Part shown: positions 1 to 9,157 of the stretch, piece by piece
Position numbering within the stretch: the first letter of the stretch is position 1
Layout of the letters: every line of letters begins with the position of its first letter
Origin: Anaerolineae bacterium
GTDB taxonomy: Bacteria > Chloroflexota > Anaerolineae > VGOG01
DNA: 64,000 bases
Direction: 5' to 3'
Assembly (NCBI GenBank): GCA_034431315.1
Contig: DAOUDK010000034.1
Location: 28,053-92,052, forward strand
Notes under the pieces: generated by a model
The model's database searches: none
What the model was told of the DNA's origin: nothing
The model's input: the letters and a program-made list of their open reading frames with translations, nothing else
Position numbers and translations under genes: made by a program

Positions 1-27
1 GTTGCACCTGAGAAGGATAAAACGACC

Positions 28-1026
28 GTGATTGATCCTAACCTCCCACTGATTGACCTGCACCGTCATTTGGACGGCAACGTGCGCCTGGAAACAATCC
101 TGGATCTGGCGCGTCGGCACAACCTGCCACTCCCTGCCTGGGATCTCGAAGGGTTGCGCCCCTACGTGCAGGTGACGGAACCCCAACCCGGCGTCATGGC
201 GTTCATCGCCAAATTCAAGTGGATGATCGGCGTCCTGGTGGACTACGACGCCTGCCGCCGGGCAGCGTACGAAAACGTCGAGGACGCCCAGCGAGAGGGC
301 CTTGACTACGTCGAACTGCGCTTCAGCCCGTGGTTCATGGCGGAGTCCCATGGCCTTGATCCGGCGGGGGTGGTGGAAGCCGTTGCCGATGGCGTGGAGG
401 CGGGTACGCGCGACTTTGGGGTCAAAGTTAACCTGATCGGGATTCTCAGCCGCACGTATGGGCCGGAGATCGCCTGGAAGGAATTGGAAGTCCTACTGCA
501 ACACAGGGATCGGCTGGTGGCTCTGGATCTGGCGGGGGATGAGGCGAACTGGCCGGGGGACCTGTTCGTGGAGCACCTGCGGCGAGCGCGAGATGCGGGC
601 TGGCAGGTGACGATCCACGCGGGGGAAGTCGCGGGGCCGGAGAGCGTCTGGCAGGCCATTCTCGATCTGAGGGCTATGCGCATCGGCCACGCCGTTCGGG
701 CCATTGAGGACCCAGCATTGCTGGACTACATGGCCGAGCGCCAGATAGGCATCGAGTCGAGCCTGACCAGCAACGTGCAGACCAGCACCGTGTCCGACTA
801 TGCCAGTCATCCGCTGCGAACCTTTCTGGAGCGGGGGCTGTTGGCGACGATCAATACCGATGATCCGGGCATAAGTGGCATTGACCTGCGCCACGAATAC
901 GAGGTAGCTGCGCCGGAGGCGGGTCTGACAGTCGAGCACACACGCCAGGCCCAACGCAACGCCCTGACCATCGCCTTTCTCTCAGTCGAAGAGAAGGATG
1001 CGTTGGTTGCCCAGAGAGCACGGTAG
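28..1026 (+). CDS. add: adenosine deaminase
   Basis: 332 aa; HRHLDG metal-binding motif, SLTSN and TINTDDP motifs typical of the adenosine deaminase TIM-barrel; GTG start with a GAAGGA RBS-like motif upstream. Confidence 0.85.
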   Translation: MIDPNLPLIDLHRHLDGNVRLETILDLARRHNLPLPAWDLEGLRPYVQVTEPQPGVMAFIAKFKWMIGVLVDYDACRRAAYENVEDAQREGLDYVELRFSPWFMAESHGLDPAGVVEAVADGVEAGTRDFGVKVNLIGILSRTYGPEIAWKELEVLLQHRDRLVALDLAGDEANWPGDLFVEHLRRARDAGWQVTIHAGEVAGPESVWQAILDLRAMRIGHAVRAIEDPALLDYMAERQIGIESSLTSNVQTSTVSDYASHPLRTFLERGLLATINTDDPGISGIDLRHEYEVAAPEAGLTVEHTRQAQRNALTIAFLSVEEKDALVAQRAR

Positions 1027-1357
1027 GAAGGGTCCTCTTTGGCGAGTTCTTCAGGCGTGGCACGCGGAAGGTGTGCCTGAATGCCGATGCACGGAATCTC
1101 ACCGACGCCATTCGCCTTTACGAGAAAGCTGGCATGCACGTGGAGCATCAGTACGTCACCTACGAGAAGGAACTGTGCCCCGGAGAGGAACTGAGTACTC
1201 AGTCAGTGGGGGGTTGACCATTTGGGAGGTAGTGTGAGGAAATCAAGACCAGACTCCGATGCTCCTTGGGGGTGGAACGCCGCGTAGCCAGGAGCGTCTC
1301 TGAACCATGATAGGATAGCGACTCGAAACGGACCATAGGCAGATGGCAGCCAAGCCG

Positions 1358-1978
1358 TCAGTCCTCTGCTATTGTAGCCCATCTCTTGAAAATAGCTGTT
1401 ATTGTCTCCCAACAGAGTCCAGCGTCGTCTATCGTAACTTGAATTTTCTCTTTGAAGACCGGATTAGATTGAATCGTGTGCAGAAAAGTATCCATGTACT
1501 TGGTCATCGCGAGTGCCATAAGCACATTGGCTAAATCATCTCGGTCCATCACTTTCACACGATCAGACACAGAATCTCTGGGAAGAGATTCTTTTTCCGC
1601 CAGGTAGAATACACCAGAGACGTAGTTGTACTGGCTCATCAATTCCTGATAAACCCGCAAATCATTTACGTACTCTACCACCGTGCCCATACCGGCGTGG
1701 CGGATGCCCCCAGGATCTAAGAACTGAATTCCCCAGAAGTGGTGACCAACGAGCGTGTCTTCTCCCACAACTTCGTAACCTTGTAGAAAGAGGGCCACAG
1801 GAAACAAAGCAGTGAGATCATCGGTGGATAGTCCAGCTATGCCCATTGCCAGGCACTGCTTGATCTGCCGGAGGTCTTCTACCAAACGTGAAGATGTCAG
1901 AAAAGGCTCTGTGTTTTCTGTCAGGCTCTGTTTCACCAAGCTATGAACTATATGTATGCCATTGCTGAGATCAACCAT
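1358..1978 (-). CDS. hypothetical protein (low-GC, no recognisable motif)
   Basis: Roughly 206-aa ORF in a distinctly AT-richer block (about 1290..2010), immediately downstream of the NACHT gene on the same strand; start assigned to the internal ATG (MVDLSNG...) because the listed first codon is TTG. Confidence 0.45.
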   Translation of the reverse strand: MVDLSNGIHIVHSLVKQSLTENTEPFLTSSRLVEDLRQIKQCLAMGIAGLSTDDLTALFPVALFLQGYEVVGEDTLVGHHFWGIQFLDPGGIRHAGMGTVVEYVNDLRVYQELMSQYNYVSGVFYLAEKESLPRDSVSDRVKVMDRDDLANVLMALAMTKYMDTFLHTIQSNPVFKEKIQVTIDDAGLCWETITAIFKRWATIAED

Positions 1979-2016
1979 CTTAAAGTTTCTCTTCTTCAAC
2001 TGCTACAGCCAAATAC

Positions 2017-4896
2017 TCATCGCACCAATACGCAGCGGAACCCAGTAGCACCGTGCCTTTGATTGCAAGGAAGTGCCTGGCGCATGATACACATGATCCG
2101 CCACCTTGTTAGAGCGTTGAAAGATCCGCCCCTGACCGCCCGGTCTTGGGGTGCTTGGGAATACTGCTCGCCGTAGCGCTTGAATTGGTCAGACGTCCAT
2201 TCCATCACATTCCCGGCCATATCCATCACTCTGAAAGGACTGGCTCCGGCAGGGTAGATACCCACAGGGGTTGTAGTGTACAAGTCGATGTTGGCACGGT
2301 CCTCTTCCCATGTCATACCCCAAGGCCACCAACGCCCGTCGCCACCCCGGGCAGCCCATTCCCATTCCGCCTCCGTTGGTAGGCGATAGAGGTGTTCCTG
2401 ACCAGTCTTTTCGGTCATATAGGCCGAGCGCCAATGGCAAAAGGCTTCTGCCTCGTACCAACTCACCCCCAAGACAGGATGGTTGGGCTTTCGAATGCCT
2501 AGCTCGTCGTGGTCCCAGTACGAGGGTTTTGGATCGGCTCCCCATCGCCACCGCCAGCCCTCCTCTGACCAGTATACTTCGTTGCTATATCCTCCGGCGT
2601 CCATAAACTGTTTGTACTGCCAGTTAGTCACGGGATAGCGATCTATCGTGAAAGCAATAACCCGCACTTTCTGTTGAGGGGTGGCGAGGGCCAGCATTCG
2701 CCGCAGATCGGGCCTATCACCAGCTTGGTGAATAATAGCCTCCGCCGCTGCTTCAGAAAGTCCCATCACCGACTCCCCTGCTGAGATTTCTAGCATCTCC
2801 CCAAGTCGAGGATCCCCAACTTCACCCAGGACATCTCCCGCATCCCTTCTAATCTCAAAGCTTTCCTCAGAGGCACTGATGACGGCTATTAGGCCAGCAA
2901 GTACTTCATCTCTGACCTTAACTCTGACTGCACCACGACCGGCATCCCCGAGACATTCTCCGATGAGAATGAAGTAAGATCCCTTCTCCCTCGTTGGGCT
3001 GCCTTCTGCCGTCTTCAACATCGCGGTGAGCAAACCTTCCAACCGCGCGCCTCGCAAGAGGCCAGCCGTGAGTCGGATGCTCTCTCTCCAGCGGAGGTCG
3101 CCCATATGTTTACAGACTAATTCACTGGTGTTCGGCTGGTTGCACATATACTCAGCCGCCAGGAATTCCTCGAAGGTTTGATGGGGAAAACTGTATTCTC
3201 CACTTCCTCGCTCGACAAGCAGCCCCGTTTGCTCAGACACAATCTCGATAAAAGCGCGGGCTTGTTCCTGAGCTCTAATTCTGCTCAGGCCCTCGTGCTC
3301 TTGCAACCAGTCGGCAACGTGCTCCTCCAATTCGGAGCGGGGAATAGTGCTCCCAGGCTCCTGTTCGTGCATCCATAGAGCAATAGGCCCCAGGACGCCG
3401 CTAACGTAGTACCTATCGAACTGGAGTTCTTCGGGCGTTACTGGGCGGTCAGCCATGCTCCGTGCCCAATCCCAGGTCTCAACCAAGGCCTTCACGCACT
3501 CGCTGTATAGTTCGGCCCGATGGTGCGGTAAGTGAGCGCCGCGATAGTAATAGAGTAAGACCATGATAGCCAAGAGCAAAGGGGTTCTGGCCAAGTCAAA
3601 GACGCCGGGATTGCGAAAGATGGTCTTGAGCAAATCATCTGCCGACCCTGCTTCCCTGCCGAAGCCGTAGTTATGAAAGACTTCAAACCAGCGTTCCACA
3701 AAGGTACGAATCTCGTGCTTGGTGAAAGGGGCTATGGAGATAACAGCAAAATCCTTCTCCAGGGGAGCCTGGCGATAGCTGGCCGGACGGCTGGTTACGA
3801 TGAAGCGGTTCTTCGGATAGCGGACGACGAAATCACGGATGTGCTCTACAACCCCCCATCGCTCTCCAGTGGAGATGATCTCATCCAGGCCATCCAGCAA
3901 CACCAGACAGTTGCCTCGCTCCAGCTCATAATCAAAAAGTGGCTTCAATCCCCCTTGCCCACGTCCCCTGAAATACACAGGCAGATAGTCGGCCAGAGAG
4001 ATGTCTGGGTCGTCGCGTAGAGCCCTGGCGTAGGCAGAGACGGGAAATGGCAAAGGAAACCATATTCTGTCTGTAGCGAGCTCAATCCCTAACATATTTG
4101 TTACCGCCGTTGGGCCTCCAGCTAGGGCCAGGGCAATGTACCTCAACAGGGTTGTTTTTCCTGTACCAGGGTCGCCGAGCACGGCGACTTGCTTCTTGCC
4201 TAGGAGTAATTTCCTGAAATCCAGGGGCTCCGTCTGCCCTCGCTCTGCTGCCTCGAGTGGCTCCGGGGCGGGCAGGACAGACTCACTCTCGTATCTGATC
4301 CGCAAAGGGACAAAGAGCTTCGACAAAGGCAAGGAAACGAACTCTTTGAGAAACAAGAGACCCTGGAAGTCCATCTGTCCTTCGCGCTGGACGAGGTAAT
4401 TGAAGTAATATTCCCGTAGCTTATCCCGCTTGTGCCGTTCGGCCGCAGCTGTCTCGGCAAGAAATTCAAATGGGCCAGCAATGCAGCTCCAGAAATCGCC
4501 GGCCGTCATTCCCATCTTGGCTGCTATATCCGGCGGGACAAAGAACACGTATGAACAACCGAAGCGACGAAGAACATCCCGTTCCTGGTTCAAGCGGGCG
4601 ATGGCCAAGTCTCTTTCCTCGGGAGACAACCTGCTCCAACCCTCAACGAACAGAATGCCCGGACGTTCAGTCTCAAATGGTTCCTGCCACAAGTACGTAG
4701 CTACGCTGGGTTGGATACCGTCAATAGGCCAACTCTTGATCTCGAGTTCCTCCCGCAAGTCTGCAAAGAGATTGGCAATGATGGTATTCTCTAGCTCCCA
4801 GTCATCTACGATCACCACGATCAGGCTGCCTGCCTCTTCGTGGTGTCGCAATGTGTTGAGCAGCTTTTGGTATTCTTTATCAGCGACGAACGGCAT
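2017..4896 (-). CDS. NACHT-family STAND NTPase with unknown N-terminal alpha/beta domain, HEAT-like repeats and C-terminal FGE-sulfatase (formylglycine-generating-enzyme-like) domain
   Basis: 959 aa; Walker A GDPGTGKTTLL, Walker B LVLLDGLDEI typical of NACHT; central GDxLGEVGDPRL HEAT/PBS-like repeats; C-terminal region with YPVTNWQY...GVSWYEAEAFCHW...RLPTEAEWEWAARGG...GNVMEWT...RGGSF...GFRCV signature of the FGE-sulfatase (SUMF1) fold; start overlaps the stop of the upstream ATPase gene by 17 nt. Confidence 0.8.
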   Translation of the reverse strand: MPFVADKEYQKLLNTLRHHEEAGSLIVVIVDDWELENTIIANLFADLREELEIKSWPIDGIQPSVATYLWQEPFETERPGILFVEGWSRLSPEERDLAIARLNQERDVLRRFGCSYVFFVPPDIAAKMGMTAGDFWSCIAGPFEFLAETAAAERHKRDKLREYYFNYLVQREGQMDFQGLLFLKEFVSLPLSKLFVPLRIRYESESVLPAPEPLEAAERGQTEPLDFRKLLLGKKQVAVLGDPGTGKTTLLRYIALALAGGPTAVTNMLGIELATDRIWFPLPFPVSAYARALRDDPDISLADYLPVYFRGRGQGGLKPLFDYELERGNCLVLLDGLDEIISTGERWGVVEHIRDFVVRYPKNRFIVTSRPASYRQAPLEKDFAVISIAPFTKHEIRTFVERWFEVFHNYGFGREAGSADDLLKTIFRNPGVFDLARTPLLLAIMVLLYYYRGAHLPHHRAELYSECVKALVETWDWARSMADRPVTPEELQFDRYYVSGVLGPIALWMHEQEPGSTIPRSELEEHVADWLQEHEGLSRIRAQEQARAFIEIVSEQTGLLVERGSGEYSFPHQTFEEFLAAEYMCNQPNTSELVCKHMGDLRWRESIRLTAGLLRGARLEGLLTAMLKTAEGSPTREKGSYFILIGECLGDAGRGAVRVKVRDEVLAGLIAVISASEESFEIRRDAGDVLGEVGDPRLGEMLEISAGESVMGLSEAAAEAIIHQAGDRPDLRRMLALATPQQKVRVIAFTIDRYPVTNWQYKQFMDAGGYSNEVYWSEEGWRWRWGADPKPSYWDHDELGIRKPNHPVLGVSWYEAEAFCHWRSAYMTEKTGQEHLYRLPTEAEWEWAARGGDGRWWPWGMTWEEDRANIDLYTTTPVGIYPAGASPFRVMDMAGNVMEWTSDQFKRYGEQYSQAPQDRAVRGGSFNALTRWRIMCIMRQALPCNQRHGATGFRCVLVR

Positions 4897-6250
4897 CAGT
4901 CATGCGCTCCTCGGTCTCGACACCTTGCAATATCATGCGTACGATGGGGTGGAGGTCGTACCACACACCGTCGTTAACATAGCTCAAAATGTATAGGTTC
5001 AAGATAAGATTATCGCCAACCTCCGTACCTGAGCGCCGAGGGGACTCTAGGAATCTTTGCAGTTCCTCAAATTCGGTTCGCCCCAAAGGTCTGGAGTACT
5101 TGCGCTGTTCAGCATAAGCTGCTTTGCGCGCGGCCAGCAGATCAATCTGGCATTGGGATCTCACCTCAGCTTCGAGAATGGCGTCACGCATCAGAGCAAT
5201 AAGCTGTCGCATCACCCCACCACTCATCGCCACCAAAAGATCGAGCGCCTTAGGGGCAATCACATCTTCCGTCGCCATTCCCAAGCTTTGCAACCGCTTA
5301 TGCACAACCTGCTGCATGGTCTGCGAGCCCTTGTCATACCTGACATCCGGCTGGTCTTCCTCGTGGAGCTTGACGTTAGGAAACTCTATCGTGGGGAAAC
5401 GGCTCCGTACCTGGCTATAGTCAGGGTGATAGCAGAGTACAATGGGCGCAGTATAGATTGCTCGGCAGGGAGGAGTATGCAACACCCAGCTATCAGCGAA
5501 AAAGGCGCGCGCGTGAGCCAAATTGTCTACTTTGTCGAGACCATCCACGATTAGAAAAACCGGCTTACCCGCTTTGTCTTCCACATCGCGCACGATGGCC
5601 TGCACTCGCAAGATGACCTCTGAAAGCCTGGGACTCAGCTCCAACTTGCGCAGCATCTTGCCAGTAGCGCCAAGGGTGAACGGTGCGCCACTCGTCAGCC
5701 CATTGATCACCTTGCCAGCGGCAGTTGCTGCTACAGGCCCTCCTACCAACCCAATCCCAAAGCAGGCGATAGCGCCCAATATCTGGCTCACGTCTATTTC
5801 AAAGTCCTCCTTTTCTGTCTCTTCTCGGATCAGTGTAGTCAGACTCTTCTCTAGCTCATTACGCAATGCCTTATCTGGCTTGTTGGACAACCCAGCCTCT
5901 GCTATCTTACAAACTGCAAAGCCCATCATCGAGAGCACGTCAAGCTGGTTTAAGCTATGAATGTCCCCGCCTGCGCTAGTTTCCAAGTCCAGCCAGATCA
6001 CGAAGTATTGGTCCTGTATCAATTGAGCGAACTTGGCTAATTCCGAAGTCTTGCCACTGCCCCGGTGCCCAGTCAGCACAGTTTGGAGAGCGACCCGGTC
6101 AGGTCGCATTGCAAGCACTAGTTTCTCCAGGGGGCTGTCTTCCCGTTCCACAAAAAATGCTTCGAGATCATCTCCCCACAACGATTTCCACGGATCAAAG
6201 ACATTGTAAATCGGCGTCCAATATTGTCCGATGTTTTGTTGCTCTGCCAT
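4880..6250 (-). CDS. STAND-like P-loop ATPase (Walker A/B NTPase, no sensor repeats)
   Basis: Walker A GHRGSGKTSEL and Walker B FLIVDGLDKV; ATG at 6250 preceded by AAGGAGGAAG RBS (the ORF-track start at 6325 is probably too long); 3' end overlaps the NACHT gene start, consistent with translational coupling. Confidence 0.65.
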   Translation of the reverse strand: MAEQQNIGQYWTPIYNVFDPWKSLWGDDLEAFFVEREDSPLEKLVLAMRPDRVALQTVLTGHRGSGKTSELAKFAQLIQDQYFVIWLDLETSAGGDIHSLNQLDVLSMMGFAVCKIAEAGLSNKPDKALRNELEKSLTTLIREETEKEDFEIDVSQILGAIACFGIGLVGGPVAATAAGKVINGLTSGAPFTLGATGKMLRKLELSPRLSEVILRVQAIVRDVEDKAGKPVFLIVDGLDKVDNLAHARAFFADSWVLHTPPCRAIYTAPIVLCYHPDYSQVRSRFPTIEFPNVKLHEEDQPDVRYDKGSQTMQQVVHKRLQSLGMATEDVIAPKALDLLVAMSGGVMRQLIALMRDAILEAEVRSQCQIDLLAARKAAYAEQRKYSRPLGRTEFEELQRFLESPRRSGTEVGDNLILNLYILSYVNDGVWYDLHPIVRMILQGVETEERMTDAVRR

Positions 6251-6334
6251 CGACTTCCTCCTTGATTGATTGCAAACGTGCGTTAAGGTAGCATGCCTGG
6301 TGGCGCGATTAAGCTGCAAGCACACAGCAGGAAA

Positions 6335-6850
6335 TTACTTGGGCAACGGCGGCAGTTTCTCTGCTGGTATCTCGGTGATCTCAATCCCGTCATTATAAAC
6401 GGTAAAAGCTGGTCGGCCCAGCCGCACAAACTCGGTAGTCACGAATCGCTCACAATATGCCAGGTGCACCGGAGAAGGGCCCATGTTGGTAACGGTGAAG
6501 AATAGATAGCCTCTGTAACCAGGGTCGATGATCCCACCATTGTAGAGTAGCCCCTTGATGGCAAAATAGGAGCGCATTGACATCCGGCCTTTCATGTCAG
6601 AGGGTAAGTGCACCTTTTCCAAACCGTGAATCACTGCGCTGCGACCGACAGGGATCTCAAGACCACCATCGCGCTCGACGTCAATCTTGACGTATCCACC
6701 TTCTCGTTCAGGCAGCACCACGATGGCAGTTTTCCCGACCCTTATGTCGTAGGAAGCCCCCTTTAACACTTCAGGTGAGAAAGGCTCCAGTAAATTGCTT
6801 TCCATCGCTGCCCTTCGGATATCGGCGTCCAACAAAGTCTCATCTGCCAT
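6335..6850 (-). CDS. dCTP deaminase / dUTPase-superfamily protein (Dcd-like)
   Basis: 171 aa; GIIDPGYRG motif corresponding to the conserved (H/G)xIDPGWxG active-site loop of the dCTP deaminase/dUTPase beta-barrel; GGGAGGAAAAG RBS upstream of the ATG. Confidence 0.7.
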   Translation of the reverse strand: MADETLLDADIRRAAMESNLLEPFSPEVLKGASYDIRVGKTAIVVLPEREGGYVKIDVERDGGLEIPVGRSAVIHGLEKVHLPSDMKGRMSMRSYFAIKGLLYNGGIIDPGYRGYLFFTVTNMGPSPVHLAYCERFVTTEFVRLGRPAFTVYNDGIEITEIPAEKLPPLPK

Positions 6851-6932
6851 TTTCTTTTCCTCCCTGACTTGTTTTGTTGTCCAAGCGATTGAAAGGGCTG
6901 TTGCATCTTGCTGAGACGCAAAGCGTTACAAT

Positions 6933-7853
6933 TCAAGCCCAAGGACGGCCATACATCTTGATTCGCACTTCCCTAACGATCTCTTTGAGCTTTAGCTGAT
7001 AGTCCAGAGGCCCCTGCGGTACAATTATTCCAGTTGTGTAAAAATTTACCGGAATGGGCCTTTCCCGCTCGGCGTGGGTAAACAAAGCCTGATAGCCACT
7101 GTTGATGCTTCTGATTGATAGCAAAAACAGATCTTCTCTTTCTGCCGCCAAGTCACTGAAAACGGACATGAGCTGATTTGACCGCAGAAGCGCTCGCTGT
7201 TTCTGCGAGGGCAACCAGTCAGCTCCGAGAAGCGGCTCGACTCTTTGCCTGACAGAATCCCACACTTTTTCCTCCGGCAAGTCGCCCTTGACAATGTGGA
7301 TGTTCTCTGCAAATTGGCGCAGACGCTCCATCACCTCCAGGTAACGATTTTTCACCATTTGCAATGCTTGAGCGTTTTCAAAGAGCTCGTAGTGAAAGCC
7401 GCGACTGCTGGTGATACGCTTCATACAGGTTTCAACCGGCACGTCCAAAAAGATTGTCAGATCCGGGTGGATGCAGCGGTAGTTCAGTTGATATATCCAA
7501 CGCGTCTCAACATCAAGAGACTGATAAGCCAGCGACGACAGGTAGTAACGGTCGCAAACAACATGCCATCCGCTGGCCAGTCGGTGAGCGATGCCGTTGG
7601 TTCGACAGTAGAGGTGATCCAGCCGATCAGTGGCAAAGAGCAAGGCCAGTGTCTGGCGGTCAGCCTTCAGTCTTCCAGTGAGAATCGACCTGATTTGCGC
7701 ACCGGCTGGCCCCTGACTGGGCTCCTGGGTCAAATAGGCCACTCCTGTGGCTCTCGACAACCACGCCTGCAGCAATCGGGCTTGCGTGGTCGTGCCGGCG
7801 CCATCTAGACCCTCGATGACGATGAAACGCCCTGGCCCCTCGTTAAAGATCAT
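6933..7853 (-). CDS. thymidylate kinase-fold protein with P-loop Lys->Thr substitution and about 100-aa C-terminal extension
   Basis: 306 aa; IVIEGLDGAGTTTQ (canonical Tmk is GxDGAGKTT), CDRYYLSSLAYQ (DRY motif), REPSQGPAGAQIR (LID-like); GGGGAAGG RBS. Confidence 0.7.
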   Translation of the reverse strand: MIFNEGPGRFIVIEGLDGAGTTTQARLLQAWLSRATGVAYLTQEPSQGPAGAQIRSILTGRLKADRQTLALLFATDRLDHLYCRTNGIAHRLASGWHVVCDRYYLSSLAYQSLDVETRWIYQLNYRCIHPDLTIFLDVPVETCMKRITSSRGFHYELFENAQALQMVKNRYLEVMERLRQFAENIHIVKGDLPEEKVWDSVRQRVEPLLGADWLPSQKQRALLRSNQLMSVFSDLAAEREDLFLLSIRSINSGYQALFTHAERERPIPVNFYTTGIIVPQGPLDYQLKLKEIVREVRIKMYGRPWA

Positions 7854-7861
7854 GCCTTCCC

Positions 7862-8494
7862 CTACCTCATGAGGTCAGTCACATGCCTCTTGATGTCCCG
7901 TGCAATCGCTGCGGCAGGCCGGTTGCCCTTGATGATAACGATCTTTTCTCCCTCCACGCGCAGCGACTCTATGGTCATCAGGTAATTTTCCCGCACTTTT
8001 TTAAGTCTTTTACGTTCTTGTTCAAGTTTGTCAGCTATATACGAGTTGGTTTTGACTAGGGTCTCCAAGTAAGCGTTGATTGGCGTGTCTAGGAAAAGAG
8101 TCAGATCGGGCTGGCGACACTCGGCGTTGATCCAACGCAGCCACTTCGAGTCGGAATGAAGGGCCTGGTAGGCGAGAGAAGAGAGGTAGTAGCGCAGGCA
8201 AATCACGTGCTCTTCCAACACCAAGCGCGCGAGGATACCCCCGTTCTTGTTCAGATGGTCCATCCGGTCGGTGGCAAAGAAGAGCGCCAGGGTCACCTCG
8301 TCTACGTCCAGTCGCCCATCCAGGATGAAGCGAATCTGGGAGCCAAAGGGCCCGTCGCTGGGCTCGCGGGTGAGATGTACCTTTAGTCTTTCCTCCCGCA
8401 GCCATCCATATAGCCTCTCCCCTTGCTCCTCAAGTTCCTGGCTGTCAATACCTTCTAGCACGATAAACTTGCCTGGGGTAGGGGATTCTTGCAT
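7862..8494 (-). CDS. thymidylate kinase-fold protein with fully degenerate P-loop (pseudokinase-like)
   Basis: 210 aa; FIVLEGIDSQELEEQ replaces the P-loop; CLRYYLSSLAYQA retained; stop of upstream gene 3 nt before its ATG. Confidence 0.65.
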   Translation of the reverse strand: MQESPTPGKFIVLEGIDSQELEEQGERLYGWLREERLKVHLTREPSDGPFGSQIRFILDGRLDVDEVTLALFFATDRMDHLNKNGGILARLVLEEHVICLRYYLSSLAYQALHSDSKWLRWINAECRQPDLTLFLDTPINAYLETLVKTNSYIADKLEQERKRLKKVRENYLMTIESLRVEGEKIVIIKGNRPAAAIARDIKRHVTDLMR

Positions 8495-8497
8495 GCC

Positions 8498-9157
8498 TCA
8501 CTCCTCTGCTGATGACTCACTTGAGCGAAAAATGATCGGGGCAATGAGCTTTACAGTCTGCTGATGGGTTGATTCCATCGAGCCAGAACTATTCACAATT
8601 TGAATATCTTCCTTCCTCTCATCTCGCAATAGGGGAATAATCCGATTGAACTGCATGCTGACCCTCCTGAGTATCTCTGGCCGTTCATATCGCTCTGGTT
8701 CGAACTTTCGCCGGATGCGTTCCATACATACCTCAGGCGGAGATTGCAAAAAGATGGTTAGATCAGGCCGCCAGTTGCGGGCGTTGAGTTGCCACAGCCA
8801 ATCCCAGCCATCTGGCAACAAATGAGACTGGTAAGCCAGGAAGGAAAGATAGTACCTATCACAAATCACATGAATGCCAGCCTCCAGCCTGGGTAGTATA
8901 AAGCGATCCAGGTGGTCTGCCCGATCGGCTGCGAAGAGAAGAGCGAGCGCTTCCTCGCCGATATTCAGTCTGCCCTGCAGGGCATGTCGTATCTCGGTCC
9001 CGGCAGGGCCCTGGCTAGGCTCGGCAGTGAAAGCAACGCGATGCATATCACAGCCACTTCGCCTCAGCCACTCGCGTAGCATCTCAACCTGTTCCGTCAG
9101 GCCAGAACCATCCAGCCCGTCGAAGGTGATGAATTTACCTCTCGATATATCTGCCAT
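8498..9157 (-). CDS. thymidylate kinase-fold protein with P-loop Lys->Leu substitution
   Basis: FITFDGLDGSGLTEQ (K replaced by L), CDRYYLSFLAYQS; start placed at the ATG (MADISRGKF...) 12 nt inside the listed GTG start at 9169; either start is possible. Confidence 0.6.
   Translation of the reverse strand: MADISRGKFITFDGLDGSGLTEQVEMLREWLRRSGCDMHRVAFTAEPSQGPAGTEIRHALQGRLNIGEEALALLFAADRADHLDRFILPRLEAGIHVICDRYYLSFLAYQSHLLPDGWDWLWQLNARNWRPDLTIFLQSPPEVCMERIRRKFEPERYERPEILRRVSMQFNRIIPLLRDERKEDIQIVNSSGSMESTHQQTVKLIAPIIFRSSESSAEE

Noticed and set aside
28-1026. Adenosine deaminase as part of the defence island (by analogy with RADAR RdrB or dATP deaminases)
   Set aside because: It has a canonical size and full motif set of housekeeping Add. 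It is on the opposite strand, in GC-rich DNA outside the AT-rich boundary, and has no partner ATPase.
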